Shown: positions 26,975 to 39,620 of the stretch, piece by piece
Layout: every line of letters starts with the position of its first letter
Numbering within the stretch: the stretch's first letter is position 1
Source: the human T2T-CHM13v2.0 reference genome, Homo sapiens
Length of the DNA: 64,000 nucleotides
Direction: 5' to 3' (one strand)
Assembly: GCF_009914755.1 (NCBI RefSeq)
Contig: NC_060934.1
The notes under the pieces: model-generated
Told to the model about the DNA's origin: nothing
Databases searched by the model: none
Seen by the model: only the letters and a program-made list of their open reading frames with translations
Position numbers and translations under genes: made by a program

Positions 26975-27708
26975 TTCAGACAATGCTTTCCTTTTCATAC
27001 CAGATATTTCCTAATGCTCCCTCACTATGCTGAAATTAAATTCATCAATAATATAACCCATCTGCACACATAATTGTGTGTATCTATGCATATATATATA
27101 TGTGGTATCCTAACTATAATATAAACAAAAGATAGGGGAACATGTATCATGAAATAATACTTGCTTTAGTAAGTGCTTGAACTGTCCAAGTTGGAGATGA
27201 TTGCTGGAAAAGGGCTACACAGTAAGTTGAACTGAAGATGTGAAGTGCTTGTTCCTAATCCTGAAATCATTTGATGTAACAACTGAAAACAAATACTAGT
27301 ACTGATGTGTTTTACAGGTTACTCTGGTGCCACTGGTGGTGTTTGTATCAAGTGACTCAGTTTTCCAAAGTGATGAACAGCTCTCTGTAAAGTTTTTAAC
27401 AAAATAAAGTACTCTCTTTCCTTAATTTACATTTTTGTTGAATTTACAGCAAACTTAATTTATAGCCACGCAAAAATAAATACTTGGTTTACATGTAAGA
27501 CAGACTTTGATTCTAGGCTTAGATAATATGTACAGATTTTTCTCCTGCCTGAATGGCTGGTGAGAGATTTGAAGGCACAGGGGTTGAAGGATAATTATTC
27601 AAATTGTGGGATTCTCCAGTGGATCCTAGCACATCATAACTAAAAAGCACCAATAAATTTCCTAAGTTACCACAAGGGGGCAGTAACGCCCCCACTGAGA
27701 ATCACTGG
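26975..27708. mobile_element. hAT-Charlie-like DNA transposon remnant
   Basis: Ends in cccactgagaatcactg, a Charlie-type terminus; the interior resembles Charlie-family elements. Subfamily uncertain. Confidence 0.45.
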
Positions 27709-27713
27709 GCAAA

Positions 27714-27997
27714 TGGTGTTTCTTAGCCTTGCAACTATGGATATTTTGAATTTTGGATCAGAGAATTATTTGTTGTGTGTGTGTGTGGGTGGGGAGGGGG
27801 CGGTGTTGAGGGGAGAGAGTGCTGTCCTGTGTATTTTAGAATGTTTAGCAGCATCTTGGACTCTACCCACCAGTAACACCAGTAATACTCTACCCACCAG
27901 TAACAGCCCTCCTGACCACCAGTTAGGGCAACCAGAATGTCTCCAGACACCACCTCTTGTCCCATGGTGGGTAAATTCACCCACAACTGAAATCACC
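27714..27997 (-). mobile_element. MER20
   Basis: gctgtcctgtgtattttagaatgtttagcagcatc...ctctacccac...aatgtctccagaca. Confidence 0.8.
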
Positions 27998-28386
27998 AAA
28001 CAAAATAAAAAAAATGTTTAACGAAGAATTAATGGAAAAATTTTCCCTAGAAACCTTGAAACTTCATACTTAGAAGTAACCTCATAGAAGCATTTTTGAA
28101 AAGATTTAGGATTTGTCTATAAGTAATTTATGAATCAACCAGGAGAAATGGCTGCCAAAAATTATTTAATGATTGATTTATATACATAAACATATCAACA
28201 TTTAAGTGCCTAAATTTATTTTATTTGGTTTGACTCCTGTTTTAGTCAATAAAGGATTTGCCGCCACTTAATCAAAAATATAGAATCACTAATGGAAAAT
28301 GTGCCATTCTTGCCTTACTCTGGGTTCAGTTGTGGTTACTTTAACAGGGACAGTTATTTGTATATTTGAGGAAAGGTAGTTCATGG

Positions 28387-28727
28387 CTATCAGTCTATTC
28401 TCATGCTGCTGATAAAGACGTATTGGAGATTGGGTAACTTATAAGAAAAAGAGGTTTAACGGACTCACAGTTCCATGTGGCTGGGGAAGCCTCACAATTG
28501 TGGTGGAAGTTGAAAGGCATGTCTTCCATGGTGGCAGGCAAGAAGAGAACTTGTGCAGGGGAACTCCCCTTTATGAAACCATCAGATCTCATGAGACTTA
28601 TTCACTATCACAAGAACAGCACAGGAGAGACACACTCCCATGATTCAATTGCCTCCCGTGACATGTGTGAATTGTGGGAGCTACAATTCAAGATGAGATT
28701 GGGGTAGGAACTAGCCAAACCATATTG
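28387..28727 (-). mobile_element. THE1-type solo LTR
   Basis: ctcatgctgctgataaagac...ggactcacagttccatgtggctgggg...agccaaaccatat; possible TSD CATGG. Confidence 0.9.
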
Positions 28728-29176
28728 CATGGGTTCTGCATGGTTTCAAAAAGTAGAAGGAAGACATGATTGCAAGTGAAAGAGTGGTGTTTCCAGCTCA
28801 GGGTAAGGAGGAGCTTTCTAGCAGAGTTTCCTGGTTGTTCTGGACTGAACTGCTTTGGGAGGAACAATAAGTAGTGAATATTCAAGGAGAGGGCTGTTGA
28901 CAGCTGGCCTTGAGAAAGTAAAATCTTAACGTCTTAAGGTTGGAGATAATTCTAACAGTGATATGTGTGTTTTTATCCATTCAGTACTTCTATCCCCTCT
29001 ACAAGCATCATATTAAGTAGTCATTACCTCTGTAATTAAAGAGTTCCATACCAGTCTACCTCCCTTCCAAGACCATCCATTCCAACCACCCATGGGCATA
29101 CAATCAGTGAGTGGCTGAGAAGGTACCACCAATATTCAGAATTAAGGCACGCATTTTAAAACATATTTGAAAGACC

Positions 29177-29690
29177 ATTCACTCATTTATTCATTCATTC
29201 AGCAACTATTTATTGAGTGCTTACTTTGTGCCAGTCATCATTCTAGGTGCTAAGGGCACAATAGTGCAAGTCATTGGAGCCTGGTCTAGTAATAAAGACA
29301 AACAAATGAGAGAACAAATAAAAAGACAAAAAAGTCAAATTGTGATGAATTATAACAAGGCAGTAAATAAAGGTGCAATGGCAGAAAATAAAAGGGAGAG
29401 GGAAGAGTCTATTTAAATGGTATGGTTGGAGATAAACTCTTTTCTCAGGTGGCATTTAAACTGAGACCTAAAAGATGAGAAGTAGATTGTTCTAACATTG
29501 GGAAATCACTTTAGACAGAAGGAAGAATATGTGGAAAGGATGTGCATGGGCAAAGACATCGGCATGTTTGAGGTCCAGAAAAAAAGTCCTGTAGCTGGAA
29601 TACTGCAGTGGGTGACAGGAACGGTGGCACGCAGTGAGTTTCCTGAAGTATAGAAGGTCCAGCTCATCCGAAGGTAGTAAAGGTTAGAGG
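29177..29690 (-). mobile_element. L2 3' region
   Basis: cattcattcagcaactatttattgagtgcttactttgtgccag...ggtggcatttaaactgagacctaaaagatgag. Confidence 0.8.
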
Positions 29691-29980
29691 TTAAGAACAT
29701 GAACCAAGGAACAAGAGAAACTGCATTCAAGTTATATTACTTTTTACACTTATTTTTTCATCTGCAAAATGGTTTATGAAAAATATATGCCCCATAGAGT
29801 AATTGTGAGAATTAAATGAGATTATAGGGAAAGTGCTTAGAACAATGCTTGCAGTTATGGATGTTGGGTGTTATCACTGCTGCTGCTACTATTACTACCA
29901 CCACTAGACTTGCAGACTATGTTAAAAAGAAGGCAAAGCCATTGAAGGGCTTTTCAGTTTCGACCATTTAGTAACACTTA

Positions 29981-30268
29981 TTTTTTTGAGATGGAGTCTC
30001 ACTCTGTTGCCCAGGCTGGAGTGCAGTGGTGCGATCTCGGCTCACCACAACCTTCACCTCTTGGATACAAGTGATTCCCCTGCATCAGCCTCCTGAGTAG
30101 CTGTGACTACAGGTGCATGCCACCACACCTGGCTAAGTTTTTGTATTTTTAGTAGAGATGGGGTTTCACCATGTTAGCCAGGATGGTCTCTATCTCCTGA
30201 CCTTGTGATCTGCCCACCTAAGCCTCCCAAAGTGCTGGGATTACAGGTGTGAGCCACTGCGCCCGGCC
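29981..30268 (-). mobile_element. Alu (AluSc/Y-like)
   Basis: ttagccaggatggtctc; TSD core GTAACACTT on both sides. Confidence 0.95.
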
Positions 30269-31219
30269 CTGTAACACTTTTAAAAAAGAATCTATAATAT
30301 AAGCCTAATGAGAAAACAGGTATAGTTACTTATCTTAAGGTTTTGAACATAACATCTACAGCAAAACAAGTTAAGTTATAAAGGATAACCTTTTCTTTTG
30401 TTGGAATGCTCTCTTTACATGATTTGAGTCCTTTGGCAATAATGTAGTGAGGCTATTCAACAACTGAGCACTATTTGTTTTAAATCGTCTTAATCGATGG
30501 CTGTAAAACATCTTCTGGGTTAAAAAAATATATAAACAGCCATAATAATATGCAGGAAAGAATACTGGGATAATAATAAATCCCAAGTTTTGGAGCACAA
30601 GTGTCTGGATCCTTTGGAAATAAAGAGGAAATTTTTGACATTTTTGAGGGCAATGGAAGAATGAAAAATGTTTATTTATTTTGAATGTGAACATGGTGAA
30701 TATATGTTAATTGGATTTCTCTATTGCTGTATCTGTATGTATGTTGCATCTTCTCTTCCTATTGCTTTTGGCTCTCTTTTTAAATCTGCCATGTTGCTTC
30801 CTGATAGAAGTGCACCAGGGCTTTAGGCTCACTGATTCCCGTTGACAAAACAAGTGTTGTTGCCTTATAGGAGCTACTCCTGCATGCAGGCATTCTCTTT
30901 TTTTTTTTTTTTGAGATGCTCCAAAGGGCACTATCAGTTTCTCATCGCATCAGCCAACGTAAGATGGCTTTGTCTTTATTTTTATGAATCAGAGTTGTCT
31001 TTGATGGCTTGGTAGTGAGGCCAATTGTTCCTTAAAACACTAACGATAGTAATAAAATCCAAGAGGTAAGTAATAGGGCTTTTGCAGGGAAAAATTATCT
31101 TGAAAACATTTTTTTTTTCACACCTTATATCTTCTTGGCACTCCTTATCCGTGATGAAGCTGCACGTGCAGGTATCACAGGTCACTTTGGTGTTACTGCA
31201 CAAATTACTGAAGGCAGTG

Positions 31220-31340
31220 GACACTATAGAGACACTAATTTGATCATTATACACATATATATGTATCAAAGTGTCAAATTGTACCCTATAAATATGTACA
31301 ATTACATGTTTGTTTTACATATTTACATATTTATGTGTCA
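31220..31340 (+). mobile_element. L1MA-type 3' end fragment
   Basis: atttgatcattatacac...aaattgtaccctataaatatgtacaatta...tgtcaattaaa. Confidence 0.7.
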
Positions 31341-32182
31341 ATTAAATTTTTTAAAGAAATTTTAGACAGATGAAGGGCTGAGAAAGCTGGTCTGTGACCT
31401 CACACTTACTTGTTTGATTCTGCAATTCAGACTCTGTCGTCTGACTTAGATGTGGTTCTGGCTAAAAATAAACAAAGACTTGGTTGAAATATTTGGCTTC
31501 TGTGCTTCCTGTTTTTCAAGCAATAAGGCAAAGTTGATGTTTTTACTTCTTAGAGCAGAAGTGTCTTTGATTACTATATGATAGAAACTCTCAATCATTT
31601 CCCATCATGTATGTTTAATACATTGCAAACCATTACTAAGAAATTCAGCAAAAAACCACACCCATATTTCTATGGAATGGCCTTCTGGCTGAATAAAATC
31701 TCTTTTTAAATGAGAAAATACTTTGATTGCAACCCTTACTGAAAAAGTTTCTAAGTCCAATAATGCCTTTACTGAATTGTGAAAGAATGTCCAGACGCAG
31801 TTAATTTTTTCTCCCAGGCTCTTGAACGAATTCCAAGTTACAATTACTAAACATTATTGCCCACTATATCTCCAACAACTATTTATTTAAAACCTACTAT
31901 GTTCAAGATATTTTCTGTTTTCTGAGACTGTTGTATATCAAACGTTATTTTCTTGTTACACTATTTTTTCCAATTATAGGTTTTGAAAAGAGCATCCCCA
32001 TTAACTTTGAAGGCTAGTAGGAATTCTTAGACCTCAATCTTAGTTCTATTTTACATCATTGTAGCTCAGTCAATATTTAAATCAGTATCTACAACAGTTC
32101 AGGCACATTGTGTTAAGTTGCATAGAAACAGATGCAGTCAGTTACATGCAATGTTTAGAAGCTCATAGAAATGCATAGAGGA

Positions 32183-32523
<341 letters not shown>

Positions 32524-33222
32524 TTAAGCACTATGATTGAAGCATGCTTGATGGAGGAGGCAAAGGGACTAGAAGATCATTAGCAATGAGGGAAAGTCAG
32601 GAAAGTTTCTTGGAGGAGGTGATCATCTGAGTGATACATTCTGCATATGTGTTTGCAGGACGTCAACCTTCTAGAACGCAGTTTCAGTTGCTTTTATTTC
32701 AATTTAGCAATCACTTAATAAACACATTTTACTGATTGCATTGCATTTGGCAGGGAACAGGATACAGGTTTAGAGATAATTGACCCTGGGTCCCTCCTCT
32801 TTCATTTTTCAGTCAAGCATTAAAACATCAAGTTGCACTGTATTAATTACTCTGCCAGCTCTGTGTTTTACCTGAAAGTTTTAAAGCTTACGTTCTTTGT
32901 TCCTCTTCACCAGTGGCCCTCTGTTGCTTTTTATGTAATTAAATCTTTGTTATTATGATTGAATCAAATTATTATTTTTTGGCAGAAATGCAGTTCATCT
33001 TTCAGGCTAGAATGGTTAACTAAAGCATCATTTCAGGCTTCTGTAATAAATGGAAAATGCTATTTTCCTTTTCTACTTCTTCTGAATATTGTTTATTTCC
33101 TAAAGAAGGACAAAGACTAATAGGCAATACTTTTGAGAAGTATTTAAACATTTCCTCTATATAAGGCATTACAGTTTATAATGCAGTTTTATATTATTTC
33201 ATTTCATTAATTCTAACCATAA

Positions 33223-33561
<339 letters not shown>

Positions 33562-34382
33562 TATTATCCCCATTTTTAAGACCAAAAAAACTGAGGCTCA
33601 AATTAATCCAGTGACTTGCTCAAGGTGCTATAGCATCTTGAGTTACATGAGAGTTCACTCTCTTCATGTAACGTCCCCAGTCCCCAGCCAATCCCGACTA
33701 AATTATTCTTTCTGCTGTTTAGGATACTGCTTAAGTACATCTCCTCTAAAAAGCCTTCCATGATCCCCCAGCACTTCCTGGGAATCCCTCTTATGTGCTC
33801 CTGTAGCACCCTTTATTTATCCATCATCCAAAGTAGCACTTGGAATCAATATTGTATTTTTACAATATCTTATTTTGTAAAATTTTTTTACAAATTTTCC
33901 GTTTACAAGCCTGTCTTCTCAATTCCACTTGCAAACAACTTGAGAAGTATCATATCTTCATTCTCACTGACTCCCCTTTTAGTGTACCTGCCACAGAGAA
34001 GATTTTCAAAAATCATTTATTGAATGAGAAAGTTAAATAATTAAAACCTTGTTTGAATGAAAATAAGATAATGTATGTGAAAGTGCTTTGTAACACTTAT
34101 GTGTATGAGATTTTCTTAGTCAAATCACTAGGTACAAAATGTTATATTAGGATATAGTTTCAAACATTCAAAGAGTTTACCTTCTAGTCCAATAGACACT
34201 TTACTGATATGACCCAGTTATAAAACAGTTGCACTGACTTCAAATTTTTTCCTGGGGCTCTATTAATCTGTGATCTCCTACAATCTTTACATTGGGATAG
34301 GTGTCATTTTAAATCATCATTTTTATATCTTCAGGTAAAACAAAAGAGTTGCAAAAGCCCCAATTGCTTATTTTAATATTAA

Positions 34383-34712
34383 TTTTTATTTATTTATTTA
34401 TTTAATTTTTTTGATACAGGGTCTTGCTTTGTTGTCCAAGCTGTAGTGTGGTGGCACTATCATGGCTCACTGCAGCCTTGACCCCTGGGCTCAAGTGATC
34501 TTCCCACCTCAGCCTTCTGAGTAGGTGGGACCACAGGTGCGTGGGACCACAGGTGCATGCCACCACATTAAGCTAATTATTATTATTATTATTTTTTAGG
34601 TAGAGACAGTTTCACCATGTTGCCCAGGCTGGTCTTGAACTCCTGGGCTCAAGCAATCTACGCATCTTGGCCTCCTATAGGGTTGGGATTACAGGCATGA
34701 GCCCCCGAGCCA
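34383..34712 (-). mobile_element. AluJ
   Basis: cagggtcttgct...catggctcactgcagccttgacc...ctcctgggctcaagc; internal 16-bp tandem duplication. Confidence 0.9.
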
Positions 34713-34789
34713 GTGTTTGGAAAATTTTACATATATTAATTAATTTAATCTTCCATAACTATTCTAGGAGATACCTTTTCCAAATGAAG

Positions 34790-35000
34790 AACTTATCTTT
34801 ATTTCCCCTTTATTGCTGAAGGATAATTTTGCTGGATGTAGAATTCTAGGTCGGCTTTTTTCCTTTCACATTAAAAGTGTCATTTTCTTCTGGCTTGCAT
34901 TGGTTCTTGACACAATGTCTAGGTAATTTTTATATTTTATATTTGTTCTTCTGTATGCAATATGTCTTCTTTTTCCTTGTCTGTTCTTAAGATTGTCTCT
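34790..35000 (-). mobile_element. Ancient L1M fragment
   Basis: tgaaggataattttgctggatgtagaattctagg. Confidence 0.6.
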
Positions 35001-35856
35001 AGTCATGGATTAGTCAAAATGGTTTCTGTGGCCTTGGAGAGGTTAAATAATTTAGTGGAGTCAGGATTAAAATTCAGCTAATATTTCTCTAGAGGCCCTG
35101 CTCTTAACCAGTTGAACATGCTGCCTCTTTTACGGTAGATAAAATCAGTTTTTTTGATAAGGACACTGAAGCAGAAAGAGGTGAATTTAGGTCTCCTGAT
35201 TCTCAAGGTCAACATTCTTATTTCCATTAATCACTCAGGACAGAATCATACCTAACTTTTTCTACAAACTTTTCTGAATATGTTTTTTAAAAGTTCAGGG
35301 CAATTACTTCCAACCCAGTATCCCTTTGATCTCTAGATAGTAGGGCTCAAAAAGGAAGTGTCAATATTTAAAAATTAGAAATCACACATTGACTCGATAC
35401 GAGTACAGTGGGCTACAGAAGTATTTGACTCAGGCTGCTCATCTAGCTTTCCTTTTCACATCAGAAACTCTGATTGGTAATTATGCATTTATTTGATTAC
35501 TTAAATAGGGAAACAAGAAAATTGTTACTTAGGAAATACATTTTATAGGACAAGACACTTTTAAATAATGGGATTTATAAGTAAATGTTACAAAAGGGAT
35601 CTTTGCTGGTGAAAAGACTGGGAATTAGCGACCTGCAGTCTTACCCTTTCTGTCATTATGAACTCTATAGCTGGAAGGTTATGTAATTCTCAAGTTTGTT
35701 TCATTACTGCCCACTTACAGCTACTATTATACCTCTAAACGGTCTGCTTTTTAGTGGAAGAAGAACACAATGCTATGGAAGATTTGGAAAAGTATAAAAT
35801 ATAATATTATAGTATGAGCTTGTAATCATGATTTTATATAATAAAGATGGACTAAC

Positions 35857-36968
35857 AGTAATCAAAACAATGTGGTACTGGCATAAAGACAGACATATAG
35901 TCTGATAGAATAGATTAGGGAGGCCGGAAATAAATAAGATGTATGATCAGTTGACTTTTGACAAGGCTACCAAGACCATTCAATGGGGAAAGGACAATCT
36001 TTTCAAACAAATGGTGGTAGGAAAATTGGATATCCACATGCCAAACAAGGAAGTTGGGTCCTTACCTAACACCATATACAAAAATTAACTCAAAATGGAT
36101 CAAAGGCCTAAATGTAAGGCCTAAAACCATAAGGCTCTTAGAATAAAACATATGGGGAAAGCTTCAAAACACTGGATTTGGTAATGGTTTCTTGAGGATG
36201 ACACAAAATAGGCAACAAAAGAAAAAAAATAGACAAATTGGACTTCATGAAAATTAAAAAAAATTGTGTCTCAAAAGACAATATCAACAAAGTAAAAAAA
36301 CCCCACAGAATGGGAGAAAATATTTGCAAATCATATATATGAAAAGGAATTAATATCCAGAATATGTAGAGAACTCCTGAAACTAAGCAACAAAACAAAA
36401 CAAAAAAAAACTCAATTTAAAAATGGGCAAAGGAAATGAATAGAAATTTTTTTAAAGAAGATATATAAATGACCAATAAGCATATAAAAAATGCTAAACA
36501 TCACTAGCCATTAGGGAAATACAAATCAAAACTATGAGATGCTACTTCACACCCATTAAAATGGCTACTATAAAGAAAAAACCCAGAAAATAGCAAGTTT
36601 TGGCAAGGATATGGAAAAATTGGAAGTCTTGTGTGTTGTTGCTGGGAATGTAAAATGGAACAGCCGCTAAGGAAAATAGTATGATGGTTTCTCAAAAAAT
36701 TAAAAATAGAATTACCATACGAGCTAACTATTCTACTTTTACATGCTAGGCTAATTATTTTTATTTTTTATTTTTTGTTGGAGACAGGGTTTTGCCATGT
36801 TGCCGAGGCTAATCTTGAACTCCTGAGTTTAAGCAGTCCACTTGCCTCAGTGGATTGAGATTACAGGCATGTTGAGATTACAGGCGTGAGCCACTGAGCC
36901 TGGTCAATTTTATTCTCTGGGATATATTCCCCAAAGAATTGAAAACAGAGTCTCTAAGAGACGTGTAC
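35857..36968 (+). mobile_element. L1MB-type ORF2 3' portion (degenerate), interrupted by an Alu monomer
   Basis: agtaatcaaaacaatgtggtactggcataaagacagacatatag...aaaattaactcaaaatggatcaaag...aatagaattaccata. Confidence 0.9.
36743..36905 (-). mobile_element. Alu left-arm fragment / FLAM-like
   Basis: gagacagggttttgccatgttgccgaggct...gattacaggcgtgagccac; 17-bp tandem duplication at 36855-36888. Confidence 0.8.
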
Positions 36969-38271
36969 TATAAACATGTCAACACGTCTCCGTTTAACAA
37001 CATTTTTTAGCATCATACTATTTGCCAGATACTGTTCCAGATGCTTAGGCTGCATCAAATGAACAAAATAGACAAAAATCCCTGCCTTCACAGCTTACAT
37101 TCTGGAGGGGTGTGTCTGCTATAATGTCTGTATTTTAAATAATGCTTTAAAAATATGAAAATATACTAAAACTTTATTAACAGCCCTCAACACTTCAGAA
37201 CTCATATTGTATTCTCAAAATAGCTCAAAGGCGTCTCTTGGCAATATGAACAGTTTTCTCATAGATTCTGTAAATTAGAAGACACCAAAATTATGCCTCA
37301 GAAATTAACCCCAATCTCAGTCCACTTTAGTCAGCAGGATTTTCACCAGCTTCACCCATAAAAGCAGTCTTCTCACATGATTGTACTTCAGGGCTCTGGA
37401 GGTAAAAAAGAAATGGAGTAGGGAAAGTTTCATGAGTCAAAATTGATTTATCCATTGAATTTATCTGATCAAACATTCTTCAATATTAAATGTTATTAAG
37501 ATGCATTCTAGAGGAGATATGTTAGTAAGACCATCTTTGGAATTTGGAGTCCATACTTGTAGTTTAATAAAGTATTTGTGTCTCAAAACTGTGCCTGTTG
37601 AAATTCGTACCTATGTAGGGGTGTGTGTCTGTGTGTGTGTCTGTGTGTATGTTTATGTAAGTTAAAACAGTGAAGATCCCCATAAAAATGTGCATTTTAT
37701 TGTGGAGAGTTTAATCTGTTGAATCGAGACCAGAGTTATCAAATATGGTACACTCTTTAATCAGATTAGTTTGCAGGTTCCTGGAAAAGTAGATTAATTT
37801 TGATATAGAAGAAAGAAAATCAAGTCCAAAGCAATTTCATGAGAACAGCATCACTGCAGGGTTAGACAGAGCTCCTAAAGGAATCTCATACGGCCAAAGA
37901 ATCCCAGGGAGTAAGGTCCTAATGACAAACCATACGTCCGTAACAATTTTACCAAAGAATAGCCCACCCTCTTGCTTCCCATAGCATTTCTCAGCAAATC
38001 TAACTTTTGCTAGAACTTGCTACCAAATCTAGGAAACTTTCCTATTTGATTATTCAGTGTGTCTCTCCATCACAATTATATCATCAGTTAATAATTCTGA
38101 CCCATTTTTCTAAAAGACAGCACAAATTCTTTCTAGCTAGTCATGTTGGAAATCTTTCTTCCTCAACAGATTTGGCAGACTGTGTGGAGTAGATAAAAGG
38201 TAGAATTTTTTTCCTCCTAATCTAATTGCCTACAGATCTTCTATCAACTAAAAATAAAAAGCCTAGTTCTT

Positions 38272-38575
<304 letters not shown>

Positions 38576-39401
38576 AAGCCTGGTTCTTATAATGGGTATG
38601 AATCTTATTCGACAAACTCAAATGTGCAAGCAACACATCTCTTTATTTTTATAAAATCAATTAATATCTGACCTTGAGCTCCTGTTGGGGCATTCAATTC
38701 TAGTCATTACTGGAGTTCTGTCCTCCTTGAAGTTGTGCAGAAGTCCTAGGATCATGACCCATCACCAGAACATTGGAGCAGTTCCTCCAGTTGTCAGTAA
38801 TCAGACTGTGTTGATCATCACTGAGCTACCCATAGCCTCAATTGCATGGGGGCCTCAGGTCTGTTGGATCAGCTGTTTCTAAGCCACTCTTATAGCATAG
38901 GAGTGTTTGGTGAGGCTGGAGCCCCCTGTGTCTGGGTTTGGAACACTTCATTTCTTGACATCTCCTCTTCAGGGCACTGTTGCTCAGCCTTGTTCAGATC
39001 CATTTCACCTTTGTGGCATGCTGATTTCTCTTTCCTTCCAGGTCTGGAAAGCCTGTGTCTTTTATTTTGTTGCCTCTCCAAGTCCTCCCCTCTCTCTCCA
39101 CTTCCTCTTGGACACCTAGAGCAGTGGGCTTTTCCCAAAGATGGGAAAGGAGTGCCTGGCAGACAACCTGTACTCTCAGCTCTTTAATGTAAACTTAGCC
39201 CAAGTGAGCTGCTTGAGATGAAAGAAGTGAACACAATATAGGAAGAACAAACACACCTTGATATTTGAATTATTATTATTTTTCCCCAAAAGTAAATCAA
39301 TTAGAAAAAAAAGATCCTTGTCCACTTTTACTCTGAATAACAAATATAGAAGTGTATATTAATTGACTCAAAGTAGAACATAGGATTTAACATATATGCT
39401 A

Positions 39402-39620
<219 letters not shown>

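Larger units (their letters stand above)
26640..28965 (+). mobile_element. L3/CR1 LINE remnant fragmented by younger insertions
   Basis: 26858-26960 resembles the CR1 RT 'KFADD...NRIKIQKDLD' region (cagatttgcaca...ggaaaacagaatcaagatcccaaaagat). L3-like pieces resume at about 28000-28380 and 28735-28965. Confidence 0.55.
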
